Assembly (NCBI RefSeq): GCF_964188315.1
Contig: NC_135673.1
Span: 18,538,001 to 18,602,000, forward strand
DNA: 64,000 nucleotides
Source: Podarcis muralis
Lineage: Eukaryota
Reading direction: 5' to 3'
This document shows positions 1 through 11,730 of this stretch, one piece after another. A model generated the notes under the pieces. The model was not told the DNA's origin. It ran no database searches and saw only the letters and a program-made list of their open reading frames with translations. Numbering within the stretch: the stretch's first letter is position 1; the number at the start of each line of letters is the position of its first letter. The position numbers and the translations under genes are program-made.

Positions 1-289
1 GCATAGGGAGAGTCAAGCCTGCCTTTAAGCATGAACTTGCACAATTTGCAATCTTGAAAACAGCACACCAACTATCCTTTGACATTTGGACTTCTCCATA
101 TTTTGCTATACAGTTCTCCAGCCCAGTAATGTGTACAAAAAGGCGCACACCAGAGCAAGGCGTGCAGGATGCTTCTGAATAATATCAGTAGCTGGGAAGC
201 TCTTACTGCAGACAGGTACCGTAGGTCCTGCTTGAGGGATTCCCGTAATGGGTGCCAGGTTCCATAAGAATATCAGAACAGTGTTGCTA

Positions 290-480
290 GGTCAGGCCAA
301 AGCCCACTTAGTCCTCGCAGTAGACAACCGGCTGCCCCAAAGGGAAGCCCACAAGTGGGACCTGATCACGACATCACTCTCTCCCCACTTGCAGTTCCCA
401 GCAACTGATATTTAAGGCATTTACTGTAGCCATTGATAGTCATATCCTCCATGAATCTGCCCAGTCCTATGAGAATTGGG
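290..480 (-). mobile_element. CR1 LINE 3' UTR fragment
   Basis: Matches the 3' UTR family seen repeatedly in this window (e.g. 36020-36372, 44160-44670). Confidence 0.55.
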
Positions 481-666
481 CAAAGGGCATTTATAGGCAG
501 GTTGCTCTTTGAATTTATGCACTACTCATTTGGTTGCTATTTTGCAAGGTGAGGTACAACTTTTGTCTCCCTTCCTAGTAGAAACCAGCATCTATGAGAG
601 TTTCTCATTGTCTTCACCAGCATGCTTTAATGTAGGTGCATTATTGCAAATTTAAATGGGGCAAGG

Positions 667-697
<31 letters not shown>

Positions 698-869
698 GTT
701 GTAGGACACGGATGGGATGTTCCCCAAGGGCAGCTCTAAGGTAGGAAAGAACAGACCAGTGGCCCAATGGCCAAACCAGGTCATGACTGAACTTGCTCAG
801 GAGTGATGACAGTCTCTCCCCAAATTCAACTGCCTGAGTCCCAGCATGGCACTGTACCAATATCTTCAT

Positions 870-1075
870 GCTATCATACCAATACATGGTGCAACCTCAT
901 TTGGAACACTGTGTACCGTTCTGGTCACCTCACCTGAAAAAGGATATTGCAGAGTTGGAAAAGCTTCAGAAAAGGGCAACCAAGGAGATGGAACGACTCC
1001 TCTATGAAGAAAGGCTGCAGCATTTGGGGCTTTTAAATTTAGAGAAAAGGTGAGGAAGACGGGACCTGTGGTTAC
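870..1075 (+). mobile_element. CR1 LINE ORF2 (RT C-terminal) fragment
   Basis: VQPHLEHCVPFWSPHLKKDIAELEKLQKRATK...YEERLQHLGLLNLEKR is the CR1 signature. Confidence 0.88.
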
Positions 1076-1137
1076 TAGCAAGTGTGATTCAGAAGCATTA
1101 TTGCCTCCAACTGTGAGGGAAGAGCACAGCTATTCAT

Positions 1138-1366
1138 ATAATCATAGAACTATAGAGTTGGAAGGGACCCAGAGCATCATCTAGTCCAATCCTCTGCAGC
1201 TCAGGAATCCCAGCTACAGAATCTAGGAGAATCCACCACCTTCTAAAGGAGTCTGTTTCACTGTCAAACACTGTCAGAAAGCTTTGCTGATATTTAGTCA
1301 GACTCTCCTTTCTTATAACTTGAAGCAATCAGTTCTAGACCTACCCTCCGAATCAGGAAAAAACAA
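1138..1366 (-). mobile_element. CR1 LINE 3' end
   Basis: Reverse complement of the GGACTAGATGA...CCCTTCCAACTCTATAGTTCTATGAT tail. Confidence 0.75.
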
Positions 1367-1371
1367 GCTGT

Positions 1372-1735
1372 GGCTGGTAGCCACTGACAGCCCTCTCCTC
1401 CATGAATTTTTCCAGTCATCTTCTAAAGCTATTCAAGATGGTGGTCATCACTGCCTCCTGTGGGAGTGAGTTCCAACATTTAACTGTGCTGCATGAAGAC
1501 ATCATTCTTTTTATCTGTTCTGAATCTTCCAATATCCAGCTTCATTGGATGTCCACAAGTACTGGTGTTATGAGAGAGAGGGAAAAGATTTTCTCTGTCT
1601 GCTTTCCATGTCGCATGCATAATTCTACAAACTTTTATCATGCCACACCTTACTTACTTTTTCTCTAAACTAAGTCCCAAATGCTGCACCCTTTCCTCAA
1701 AGGAGAGGCACTCCATCCCCTTGATCATTTGAATG
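1372..1735 (-). mobile_element. CR1 LINE ORF2 3' fragment (second family)
   Basis: Homologous to 6700-6990, 8690-8990 and 39225-39630. Confidence 0.7.
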
Positions 1736-2085
1736 TCCCCTTTTCAATTTTTCTTAGACCTTCAGCTTCATCAGTTAGATCCCAATGCTGCTAATTTGAT
1801 CATCTTGGTCTGCCTGGGAAGGGAGGTAGGAGAAGGGTTTGGCTGTTATGCTTGGCCCTCATCCAGACAGCATTTTCACTTAGAGACACTCAGGGTCAGG
1901 GAGGGCTGGGAAGCCCACTCCTCAAACCAGTCCTTTCACACAGGGGAGGGGGTAGCAGCAACTTCAGCAATGATCATAAAAGGATGATAGCCCCCGCCCC
2001 CCTGTACTTTGAGGGAGAAAGCAGAAGGAGGAGAGGGGACTGACCTCAGGCAGATCTTCATCCATACGGTTGGGACCGGTGTGTT

Positions 2086-2438
2086 TCACCTGGAGAAGAG
2101 GAGGGAGAGGTGAACGGACAGCCACCTTCAAACATCTGAAAGGCTGTCCCAAGCTTGCAAGCTTGCTTCCTGCTGCTCCTAAGTGCAGGTCTCTAATCAA
2201 CAGATTCAAGTTGCAAGAAAGGAGATTCAGACTAAATATTAGGGAGAACTTTCTGATGGTAAGAGCTGTTTAACAGTGGAACAGACTCCCTCGGAAGGCA
2301 GTGGACTCTCCTTCTTTGGAGGTTTTTAAGCAGAGGTTGGATGGCAATTTGCCAGGGACTATTGTGAATCCTGCAATGCAGGGGCTTGGACTAGATAACC
2401 CTTGAAGGTACATCCCAACCCTACAATTCTGATTCTAT
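2086..2438 (+). mobile_element. CR1 LINE 3' end
   Basis: FKLQERRFRLNIRENFLMVRAV plus GGACTAGAT...CAATTCTGATTCTAT tail. Confidence 0.85.
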
Positions 2439-2542
2439 AGCCTAGTGAGAAAGCCTCTTCCTAAAGCAAGGACCCAGCCATGAGTGCCACATAGACAGAC
2501 ACCCTGCAGAGGAGACTCTGGCTGGACCCATGAAAACCTCTG

Positions 2543-2559
2543 TATGTGTGTTTGTGTGC

Positions 2560-2590
<31 letters not shown>

Positions 2591-2606
2591 CACACACACA
2601 CACGTA
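2543..2606. repeat. (TG)n(CG)n(CA)n compound microsatellite
   Basis: Read directly; alternating purine-pyrimidine and self-complementary. Confidence 0.9.
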
Positions 2607-2709
2607 TGAAAAACCTGCATTTCAAACCCCTGATATATATTTTTTTTGCACAGAGCCAAGCAATGAAATCTAATCTATGTGTAATAAGAATAATAAACCT
2701 GTGTTGTGA

Positions 2710-2905
2710 GAGCAGCTGTGGCTCAGTGGGTAAAGCACCTGCTTTGCATGCATAGGGCCCAAAGTTGAATCCCCAATGACATCTCCAGCTGAGTGGGTGT
2801 GGAGATCCCTTGACTGGAACCTTGGAGAGCTGCAGCTGCCAGGTAGTGTAGACAATACTGAGCTAGATGGACCACACTGCTTGTTCGCATAAGTATGGCT
2901 TGTGG
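2710..2905 (+). mobile_element. tRNA-Ala(TGC)-derived SINE, monomer
   Basis: Head GCTGTGGCTCAGTGGGTAAAGCACCTGCTTTGCATGC followed by the family body GACAATACTGAGCTAGATGGACC. Confidence 0.75.
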
Positions 2906-3656
2906 CTTACTAGGATGTGCAGACATGGCTGCTGCAAGAACACTACAAAAGCCTACTCTTCTGTTTCCAACAGAGGCCAGCCAGAGGCTTCTGCAGAGCC
3001 CACAAGCAGGTTGAGATTGAAAGGTGTGGCTTCCCACTGTTGTCACCAGGATTTCCCCCTTGTATTTGTGGAGTTCGTCTGCGTCCCAAGGAAAGAGCTC
3101 TGCTACTACACACAATTCATTATTTGCTGGGTTGCCACTATTGTGTTGTCCTAGGCGTAATCTATTGTGTGTTGCAGTTCCTGGGGAAATCCTCCAGCTG
3201 AGAAATAAATAAGACCAATTACTGGAGAATAAGAGCAATGACATAAAATGGCATAAAAATGGAACCTACTTATCCAAGAGCAGTTAAGCCCCAGGCTTTT
3301 TCTCTCTTTGCCACACACCCTGTTTTGTGATCATCCACACACAGCCTCATTTTTCAAGAGAATGTTGGTCTAGATGGAGCTTCCTTCAGCCATCCTATTC
3401 TTATAACCTTTAAAAAAAATTTTAAAAAAACAAAAACAAAACAACACTGTGCTTTAATAGCACTGAGAAATCTACCACAGAGACTATCAGGGCTACAACT
3501 GCTTTGAATGGCATGGACATTCACATTATTTTTTAAAAGGAACCTCCACATACAAGAACTGTATAGCCCTACTTTCTCTCTTTGTTTATATACCCTGTTT
3601 TGTGATCACCCAGTGCATCTGGGCACAGCCTTCGATGCCAAGAGAATGTTGGCCAG

Positions 3657-4368
3657 GTGCGCAGCCTGGGAGTCATTTTGGACTCACAGCTGTCCATGGA
3701 GGTGAAGGTCAATTCTGCATCCAGGGCAGCTGTCTACCAGCTCCATCTGGTACACAGGCTTAGACCCTACCTGTCTACAGGCTGTCTCATCAGAGAGGTG
3801 CATGCCCTGGTTATCTTGCTCTTGGACGACTGCAATGTGCTCCACGTGGGGCTATCTTTGAAAGTGACTCAGAAACTTCAATTAATCCAGAATGCAGCAG
3901 CTAGACTCGTGACTGGGAGTGGCTGCCGAGACCATATAACACCGGTCCTAAAAGATCTTCACTGGCTCCCAGGACATTTCTGAGTACAATTCAAAGTGTT
4001 GGTGCTGACCTTTAAGGCCCTAAATGGCCTCAGCCCAGTATACCTGAAGAAGCATCTCCACCCCCATCACTCAGCTTGGACACTGAGGTCCTCCTCTGAG
4101 GGTCTTCTGCTGGTTCCCTCACTGCGAGAAGTGAAGTTACAGGGAACCAGGCAGAGGGCCTTCTCGATAGTGGTGCCCTCCCTGTGTAATGCCCTCCCTT
4201 CAGATGTCAAGGAGATAAAGAATTGCACAACTTTTAGAAGACATCAGAAGGCAGCCCTGTATTGGGAGGTTTTTAACGCTTGGTGTTTTATATTTTTAGA
4301 TATGCTGTGAGCCGCCCAGAGTGGCTGGGGAAACCAGATGGGCAGGGTATAAATAATAAAATTATTAT
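3657..4368 (+). mobile_element. L2 LINE ORF2 3' fragment with tail
   Basis: SLGVILDSQLSM...QLIQNAAARLVTG...HITPVLKDLHWLP...VLTFKALNGL; tail TGTGAGCCGCCCAGAGTGG...AATAATAAA. Confidence 0.9.
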
Positions 4369-4859
4369 TTTTATTGGTTTAGGTGGAGCTTATTTTTTCA
4401 GTCAGGCTATTCTGATATTCTTTTTAATTTTATTTATTTTAAAAACTGTACTTTGAAGGCACTAAGGAATCTACCATAGGGGCAATCAGGACTATAAGGT
4501 GCTTTGAATGGCACGGACTTTCACAGACAAAAAAAAATCCAGTTGCATTAACTTCCTTCTAGGAATGAGTTCATCGTCCTTTATTCTTTAGAATAAAGTG
4601 GCAGTTGAGGCCTCTTGCCCAGACACGTAGGATGAGGAATCCAGCTTACAATTTCTCTTTGGCACACTTGCTGCTGTTGCTGCCATCAATGCATTTCCGT
4701 TGCTGCATTTTTTAAAATCTGTCCAATCCCGCCTTTCTCACACAAACCCTGAAGTTCCATCCCTGCCAATGGAAGCATTTATGTATCTTGGGCTAAAAAG
4801 CAAATGTCATCCAGGAAAGAAATTCCCTTGCCTCCCCACGCACAACTACATTCATTGAA

Positions 4860-5300
4860 GTTTTTATTTCATATAATTTATACAGGGCTTTTCTTTTCTT
4901 TTTTAAAGAAATACCTCAAAACAGTTTACAAAGAGAATAAAACAATAAAATCATCAGCAAAAAGAACTCTTTAAAACATGCCAAAGGCAAAATCATCAAT
5001 AAACTAAATACAGATTGAAACACACACCAACATTCCATGTCTAAACAAAAATGTTATCAGATGCTGAAAGAGGGCAGCGAAGATGCCTGTTTGATGTCAA
5101 TAGGCAGGGAGTTCCAGAGTGTAGGTTCTGCCACACTAAAATATCAAGTTCTTACAGATGCAGAGTGGGCGTTATGTAGCACCTGTAATAGCACCAGTTC
5201 TACGGACTGAAGCAGTTGAGTGAGAGTATATGGGGCAAGGTGATCTCACAGGTAAACTGGTTCCAAGTTGTTAAGGGCTTTATATATTAATAATGACACC
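4860..5300 (-). mobile_element. L2-like LINE 3' fragment
   Basis: Similar to 29980-30270 and 63350-63665 (GGCAGGGAGTTCCA motif, A-rich end). Confidence 0.6.
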
Positions 5301-5873
5301 TTTGGGCTCCACCACAACTAGGAGCCACCTAGACTGGTGTTTCTCAGCCTCCTGGCAGCTGATACACCGCCACTCCCCACTCCCCCAAGTTAAGACTAAT
5401 GTCTGCCTGGAAAACAGGAGCACCCTATAGCACAAACGCTCCATTTCTTAGGATCAGAGTGACTGTCATCTTATAAATAGCTTCCTGCAGGGATCCACCA
5501 TTCAACTTGGTGAAGCTTACTTTTGACTTCATCAGTTCAAATTGTAAAACACAATGGGTGCTTTAACAAGATATATTCAGACAGCTGAACTGCAGCCTTT
5601 GGCTTTTGTAATTAGAAATGCAACTTTTTAAAAAAAGTTACCATTTTAAACTGATGGCATGAAGCAGGGGCCATATCAAAGAAAAGGAAAGTAGTATCTA
5701 GCCTCTACTTGGTTATCTACCTCGTTCTAACTTCCTCAGGGCTAAGAGGCCAGAAACAAACTTTAAAGCCTCATTAGCACTTCACTTATTTCCAAATGAG
5801 ACAGGCTGATAGCTAATGCGTGTTTCATTCCTCAGAAATACTGGCACCTGGGCTTAAACCTATCTGAACATAT

Positions 5874-6309
5874 GGGGAAGGACTGCTGCTCAGTGATAGA
5901 GCAGCTGCTTTGCATGCAGAAGGCCTCAGGTAGGGCTGGGAGAAACTCCCTGCCTGAAACTCTGGCGAGCATCTGCCAGTCAATATTGGCAATAGTGAGC
6001 TCAATGGACCAAATATCTAACTCAGTATAAGGCAGCTCTCAACTTTCCTATTTAATTCAGCCCTTTCTCCACAACTATGACTAGAATCATATTCTGTATT
6101 TAGGTGAAAGGGCTGTAGTCCTGTAGTAGGACACCTGCTTTGCATACAAGAGGTCCTGGAGTCAATCCCCAATAACATCCTCAGGCAGGGCTGGGAGAGA
6201 CAGGCCCCTATCTAAACCTTTGGACAGCTGCTGCCAGTCAGTGCAGACTATACTGAGTTAGATTGACCCAAGGGTCTGACTTAGAATAAAATAGCTTCAT
6301 ATATGTTAG
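5874..6309 (+). mobile_element. Dimeric tRNA-Ala SINE (monomer-linker-monomer)
   Basis: Two Ala-SINE heads (about 5875 and 6105) joined by a linker (6048-6110) that recurs elsewhere in the window. Confidence 0.75.
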
Positions 6310-6699
6310 GGATGGGGGGGCCATTTTTCAGCCTGGGGGGGCACATTCCCTTCTGGGTGATCTTCTGAGGACTACACAGTGAGTGGGGCTTCAGGCAAAA
6401 GTGGACAGAGCAATGGATGCAAATGTATAACTTTGTTCCATAGGCTGATCTCTACATATGCCCCTCTCTATGTTCCATCCAGCCAAGCAAGCATGACCAG
6501 AGTTCCAAAGATGCTTTCCAGCTACAGAGGCAGTGAAGCGAAGCTGGAGAAAGTGTTTCATTCATGGGATAACTAGCCTCATATAAGGTTCCTCCAGCTT
6601 AGCCGCATGGCTCTCACAAGCCACTCTTTTGAGTTCCTATACCAATAATTTAAGAACTTTCACCATTGCAACTAAGCCATGTTTTACGGCTTGTGCAGC

Positions 6700-6990
6700 T
6701 TTTTCTGACTGCTGTAGGAGAAAACTGTGCACCAGATGAAGAAGTCTTTTATTTTCTGTCCTGAATCTTCCAACATCCAGCTTCAGTGAACATCCTTGTA
6801 CTATAGTATTATGAGAGACGGAGAAAAACTATTCTCTGTCCACTTTTTCTATGTCGTGCATCATTTTATAAACATCTATCATGTCACCTCTTACTTTACT
6901 TTTTTTTTTTCTAAACTAAAAAGGCCCAGACACTGCAAACTTTCCTCCTAGGGGAATTGCTCTGCTCCCTTTATCATTTTGACAAATTTG
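6700..6990 (-). mobile_element. CR1 LINE fragment
   Basis: Homologous to 1372-1735 (CTGAATCTTCCAACATCCAGCTTCA). Confidence 0.7.
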
Positions 6991-8238
6991 GCTAGAAAAA
7001 GCAAGTAAAATCAAATCTGATAGCAGGCTTTTGGGGATCCAGTGCCCCATCTGTTTAAAAGCCAAGATATTGATTGTGTGATTATGTAAGAGAGATGAAA
7101 GGGACATGGATGGTGCACCCACCCAACTGTCTGGGCAATTGAGTAGCTGTAGGGTTCGTGTGGAGCATGCATTTGCCATAAAAAAAGTGGCTGATTTTAT
7201 TTAAATAGCCTAGGGCAAATTTCTCACTAAACCAACTTTCCCACGCTGGGACTCTCCTCAGCCTCCACATTTTGGCAATTTTTTTGTTCCCTGAGCTGTC
7301 AGGGCAAAATATATAAGCATGCTGGTTTCACTTAGAAGGTTTTTTTTTCAGCCCCTGGGGACATGAAAATAATTTACAGATGTGTGTTACCTGTTTATAT
7401 TTCCTCCATGAACATAATTTCCTAGCTTGCAGGAGTGAAAAAGAATTAAAATAATCTTACGGAGGGTTTTTCTTATCCATTTTATTTTAACTTTCAAGGG
7501 GGGGGGGGAATAAAGAAAGGGGAAAAAACCCAAACCCCAACAACCCCAAACCCTCCGAACTTAATACATGTTTAAATATGTCTGGGCAGGAAAAAAGTTC
7601 AGAAGAACAACGAATCCTGTGGAGATTTGCCAAGGTTTCCATTAAGACAGACTTAACAATCATTTATTTTTAAATGCCTAAAGTCCTGCTATTTTAACTG
7701 AAAACATGGACTCAATTTGCTCTTTTTAAAAAATAATGATCTGGCACCCAGTTATCATTTAAGATATTTTATTTTGTGAAAACATTTCTCTCTAATGCAT
7801 CATTTAAAAAAGCAACAGGGAAAAAGTTAGCGTTTGTTACAAAAGAAGAAAGAAGTCTCTATGTCCCAAGTCCCATGATTTAAAAAATATGCCTTTTGGT
7901 TAATTACCCAGCGGATAACTTGAAACTAACTGGTTGTGTCTCACATAAGGAAAGCAAGATTGTTTCTGATTTTCTCCCAAAACCCTTTCCAAGAAACCCA
8001 GCAGCAGCTATTTGCAACCCTCAAACAAGCACCCACATTCCGCCAGACCTGTGTGAAATATCTTTGGATCACAGGTTTCTGCATGGGTACACCTTTAGCT
8101 CTGTATGAGCCATCTTTTAAAAAGTTATCCTGGTTGGGAAAACAGACCGGGCATAATCCTGAAAGAGATATTAAAAATACAGAGGCCAAGGGTGCTTAAT
8201 AGTGCACGGTCAGGAGTGCCTGTAAGTGCCAGTAAATA

Positions 8239-8420
8239 CTGTACCTCGGGTTACATACACTTCAGGTTACAGACTCCGCTAACCCAGAAATAAGAACTTT
8301 GCTTCAGAATGAGAACAGAAATCATGCGGTGGCAGTGGGAGGCCCCATTAGCTAAAGTGGTGCTTCAGGTTAAGAACAGTCCTCCAGAAAAAATTAAGTT
8401 CTTAACTCAAGGTACCACTG
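8239..8420. mobile_element. Tc1/mariner-type MITE
   Basis: Right end GGTACCACTG-TA, degraded left TIR; internal sequence shared with 23388-23601 and 38223-38423. Confidence 0.8.
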
Positions 8421-8559
8421 TATATCTAATGTGGTGAAACAATGATAGGATGTAAGGCCCCCCCACCCCCCGCTGCACTGATTTAAAGCTTTAGGAGGCT
8501 AACCCTAATCCCTAATTACTTGCATTGGAGCTTGTTTCTGGGATACAATGGCCTATCAA

Positions 8560-8990
8560 ATTCAACATCCTGTCCCCATAGTGCCCAGCCAGGTGCTCCA
8601 ATTGGAAGCCCACAAGAAGGACCTGATTCCTAGCAACTGGTGTTCAAAGCATTTCTGCCTCCAAATGTGGAGCCAAAAATAGCCATAGAGGCTAGTAGCC
8701 ATTGAGAACCTCCTCCTCCATGAATTTGTTTAATCCTCTTTTAAAGCCATCCAAGTTGATGGCCATTACTGCCTTCTGTGAAAGAGAGTGCTTCTGTCCA
8801 ACTCTGTGCTGCAAGAAGAAGTCCTTCCTTTTATCTGCCCGGAGTCTTCCAACATTCAACTTTATTTGATGCCCACCAGTTCTAGTGTCATGAAAAACCT
8901 TTCTCTATCCACTTTCTCCATACCAGGCATCATTTTGTGAACTTCTTGTCATGCCCCTTCTTGCTTGCCTTTCCTCCAAACTGAGAAAGG
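8560..8990 (-). mobile_element. CR1 LINE 3' fragment
   Basis: 3' UTR motif plus ORF2 end, as in the other copies. Confidence 0.7.
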
Positions 8991-10661
8991 GAGTACCCCA
9001 TCTGCTGCCAAAGACTCAATGGAGCCACTGAATACTTTAAGCTGTGGAGCATTAAGGTCCCTGACTCTCACCTGAAGTAGCTCAGTGTTCTCTAACCCGT
9101 AACCTCATTTATCATATACCCCAGTTCCATCCTTAAATCATTTACTCTACTTTTCCTAGGTCGAACGTAATTCCAGAGGGAAAGGAGCAAAATGAAACAG
9201 GAGTGGATGGTTCCACTATTTCTCCATCACCCGTTTGCTATCTCCTCAGAGCACCAGAGATCTGCCACTTCTTCTTGAGCTGAACACAGCCAGCAGTTTT
9301 TAAAGCACTCTCTTCTTTCCAGACGGGATCCCACTCAACTGCTCTATCTGAAATCTCTCCCTCAAGTTCCTACCACCAAAGTCATTCCACACTCACCCTT
9401 AGAAAGAACTTTTGAAAGCAGGAAATGTATCGGAAGCAGCCACTCTTTTCCTTGGGACGGGGAGGCCTTTGTGGGCCTCAAATGAGAATCGCTGTCTCTA
9501 CTCAGCTGTTGCTGGTGCTGCATGCCTAACGGGTATTGCTGTTGGGGGATGGGGGGGCAAGAAATAAGGTGCCCGTTCCTGGCTGCAACCATGATATTCA
9601 ACTGCCCACATGCCAAGATTAGCTTCCCTCCTCCTTCTTGGAATTGCTACCAGGAAGAAGAAGGGTATAAAAGAGTCTTCGGCAGAGGGAAGGAAGAAGG
9701 ACAAAGTGGGGGGGGGGGGAGGCAAATAAAAGAATGCCCCACTATATCCAGCAGAAATATTTTGCTAATGTGATGAAGGGGGATGGGAGACCAGTTCACA
9801 GGCCACAACAACTGCTGTCCTTCGGAACATTCCTCTAGAAACATGTCTCCGGCTTTAAGAACAACTGCTGTGGGACAGTGGTACTCCAGCAATTTTGGAA
9901 CTACAGGAAGCTGCCTTATACCTAGTCCTAGCCCATCCCTTGTACCAACTACCTCAGTGGTGTCTACACCAACTAGCAGCAGCTCTCCAGGGTAGGGGAC
10001 ATTCCCACCCCTACTCGGAAGATGCCACTAGGGCTTAAACCGGGGGCCTTCTACATTAGGCCCAGTGAGTCAAACCATTATGTCACCCAGCTCAGCAGCT
10101 TCACCTAAATTTTGGATTCTCTCCAAACTAATGCCAAAGTTTTGTGCTTGTTTTGTGCCATGAACCCTGCATTTTGTGCTGCCACCCCAAACTGAGTAAA
10201 TGATGCTCAGACTGGGGGGCATAAGTATTCTTCCAAAACCCAGCATTGTCCCATTCACTCCAAACTGGTGCCAAACCTTTGCAATGATTTTGTGCTGTTT
10301 TGTGTTGCAAACCCCACATTTTGTGCTGCCCCCCCCCCAAACTGCATAATAAATCTTACACATTTCCCTGCCTATTCTGCTTTCTTTAACTTCTCATGCA
10401 TTATGCTTCTGGAATTCTTGCTGGGCCTGGTGATGCCAACTTTAACTGCTGAAAATGTCTTTGTTAATAATTTCCCAGTGTATTTGTGTAAATGGATATT
10501 TGTGTATATGGATATATGTGTATACTCCTTGTTATTCAACCCATGTGTGCATGTTTGGATATTTGCTCAACTTCTCCATTCAGTTACATATCTTAAAGTA
10601 AGAAACCTCAAGAACAGAGGAGCATAACTTTGACATTGGGGTGGAGTAAGTAAAACAATGG

Positions 10662-11012
10662 AGGAAGCGGGTGGCACTGTGGGTTAAACAACAGAGCCTA
10701 GGACTTGCTGATCAGAAGGTCAGCGGTTCGAATCCCCGCGACGGGGTGAGCTCCCATTGCTCGGTCCCTGCTCCTGCCAACCTAGCAGTTCGAAAGCATG
10801 TCAAAGTGCAAGTAGAGAAATAGGTACCGCTCTGGCAGGAAGGTAAACGACATTTCCGTGCGCTGCTCTGGTTTGCCAGAAGCGGCTTAGTCATGCTGGC
10901 CACATGACCCAGAAGCTGTACGCCGGCTCCCTCGGCCAATAAAGCAAGATGAGCGCCGCAACCCCAGAGTCGTCCGCAACTGGACCTAATGGTCAGGGGT
11001 CCCTTTACCTTT
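10662..11012 (+). mobile_element. Sauria SINE (Squam1), near full length
   Basis: tRNA-like head with B box GGTTCGAATCC, characteristic body, CCCTTTACCTTT tail; possible decayed TSD GTAAAACAATGG / GTAAGGCAATGA. Confidence 0.9.
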
Positions 11013-11339
11013 GTAAGGCAATGATGATTTTGAAGTGGGATTTTGAGTGCAGTTAACTACAGTGACATTAACTAGGAACCCAGCTTTTAGTATCAATTCC
11101 TCATTTTAAGAGTGGGGTTAAAAGTGCAGAAGGATTTGAAACTACAGTATTGTAAAAGTTTGGCCCCAGTTTAGAGTGAATCTGACAATGCTGGGTTGTG
11201 GGGGATACTTATGGCCCTTGGTTGAGTATCAATTACCGTACTCAAAACAGCACAAAACTTTGGCATCAGTTTAGAGACAAAGTTGGGTTTTTGGGTGTCA
11301 ACTTGTAACCCCAGTTTTAGACTGGACACATTCCCAGCG

Positions 11340-11416
11340 CTGCTTGCGATTTGGGGATTGAACTTGAGACCTTCTGCATGCAAAGCAGATGTTCTGCCAC
11401 TGAACTGAGCTATTGC
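11340..11416 (-). mobile_element. tRNA-Ala SINE head fragment
   Basis: GGGATTGAACTTGAGACCTTCTGCATGCAAAGCAGATG. Confidence 0.7.
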
Positions 11417-11524
11417 CCTGTACCTAACACCACAAGCCCATCCTGCATTTTGATAGGCCAACAACTGTTTCTTTATGATACCAATGTTCTCCAATATATC
11501 CCTTACTTCCTTTCTCTTTGCCCA

Positions 11525-11730
11525 GCTTTGTGTGTCAGACTGCGGTTTAAGAGAGACCAGGATTCAAATCCCCACTCAGCCATGAAGCTCAATGGGAGAA
11601 CAGTTGCTGCCTCTCAGCTTTCCTTACCTCACAGGGTTATTGTTGAGATTAAGTGAGGAGGGGGAGAAGAACCATGAACGCTACCTTGAGCTCCTTGGAT
11701 GAGGTATATAAATGTAAATAAATAAAATAC
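11525..11730 (+). mobile_element. Ther1/MIR-derived squamate SINE (Squam3-like)
   Basis: TTCAAATCCCCACTCAGCCATGAAGCTCA...CCTCACAGGGTT...AATAAATAAA. Confidence 0.75.

Noticed and set aside
3657-4310. ORFs of 108 and 104 aa (also 43500-43919, 868-1053, 40133-40318) as host genes
   Set aside because: They translate to L2/CR1 reverse-transcriptase C-terminal remnants with stops or frameshifts.
10120-10345. CRISPR-like repeat/spacer array
   Set aside because: Eukaryotic context, only two long degenerate units, no constant short repeats and no cas genes.
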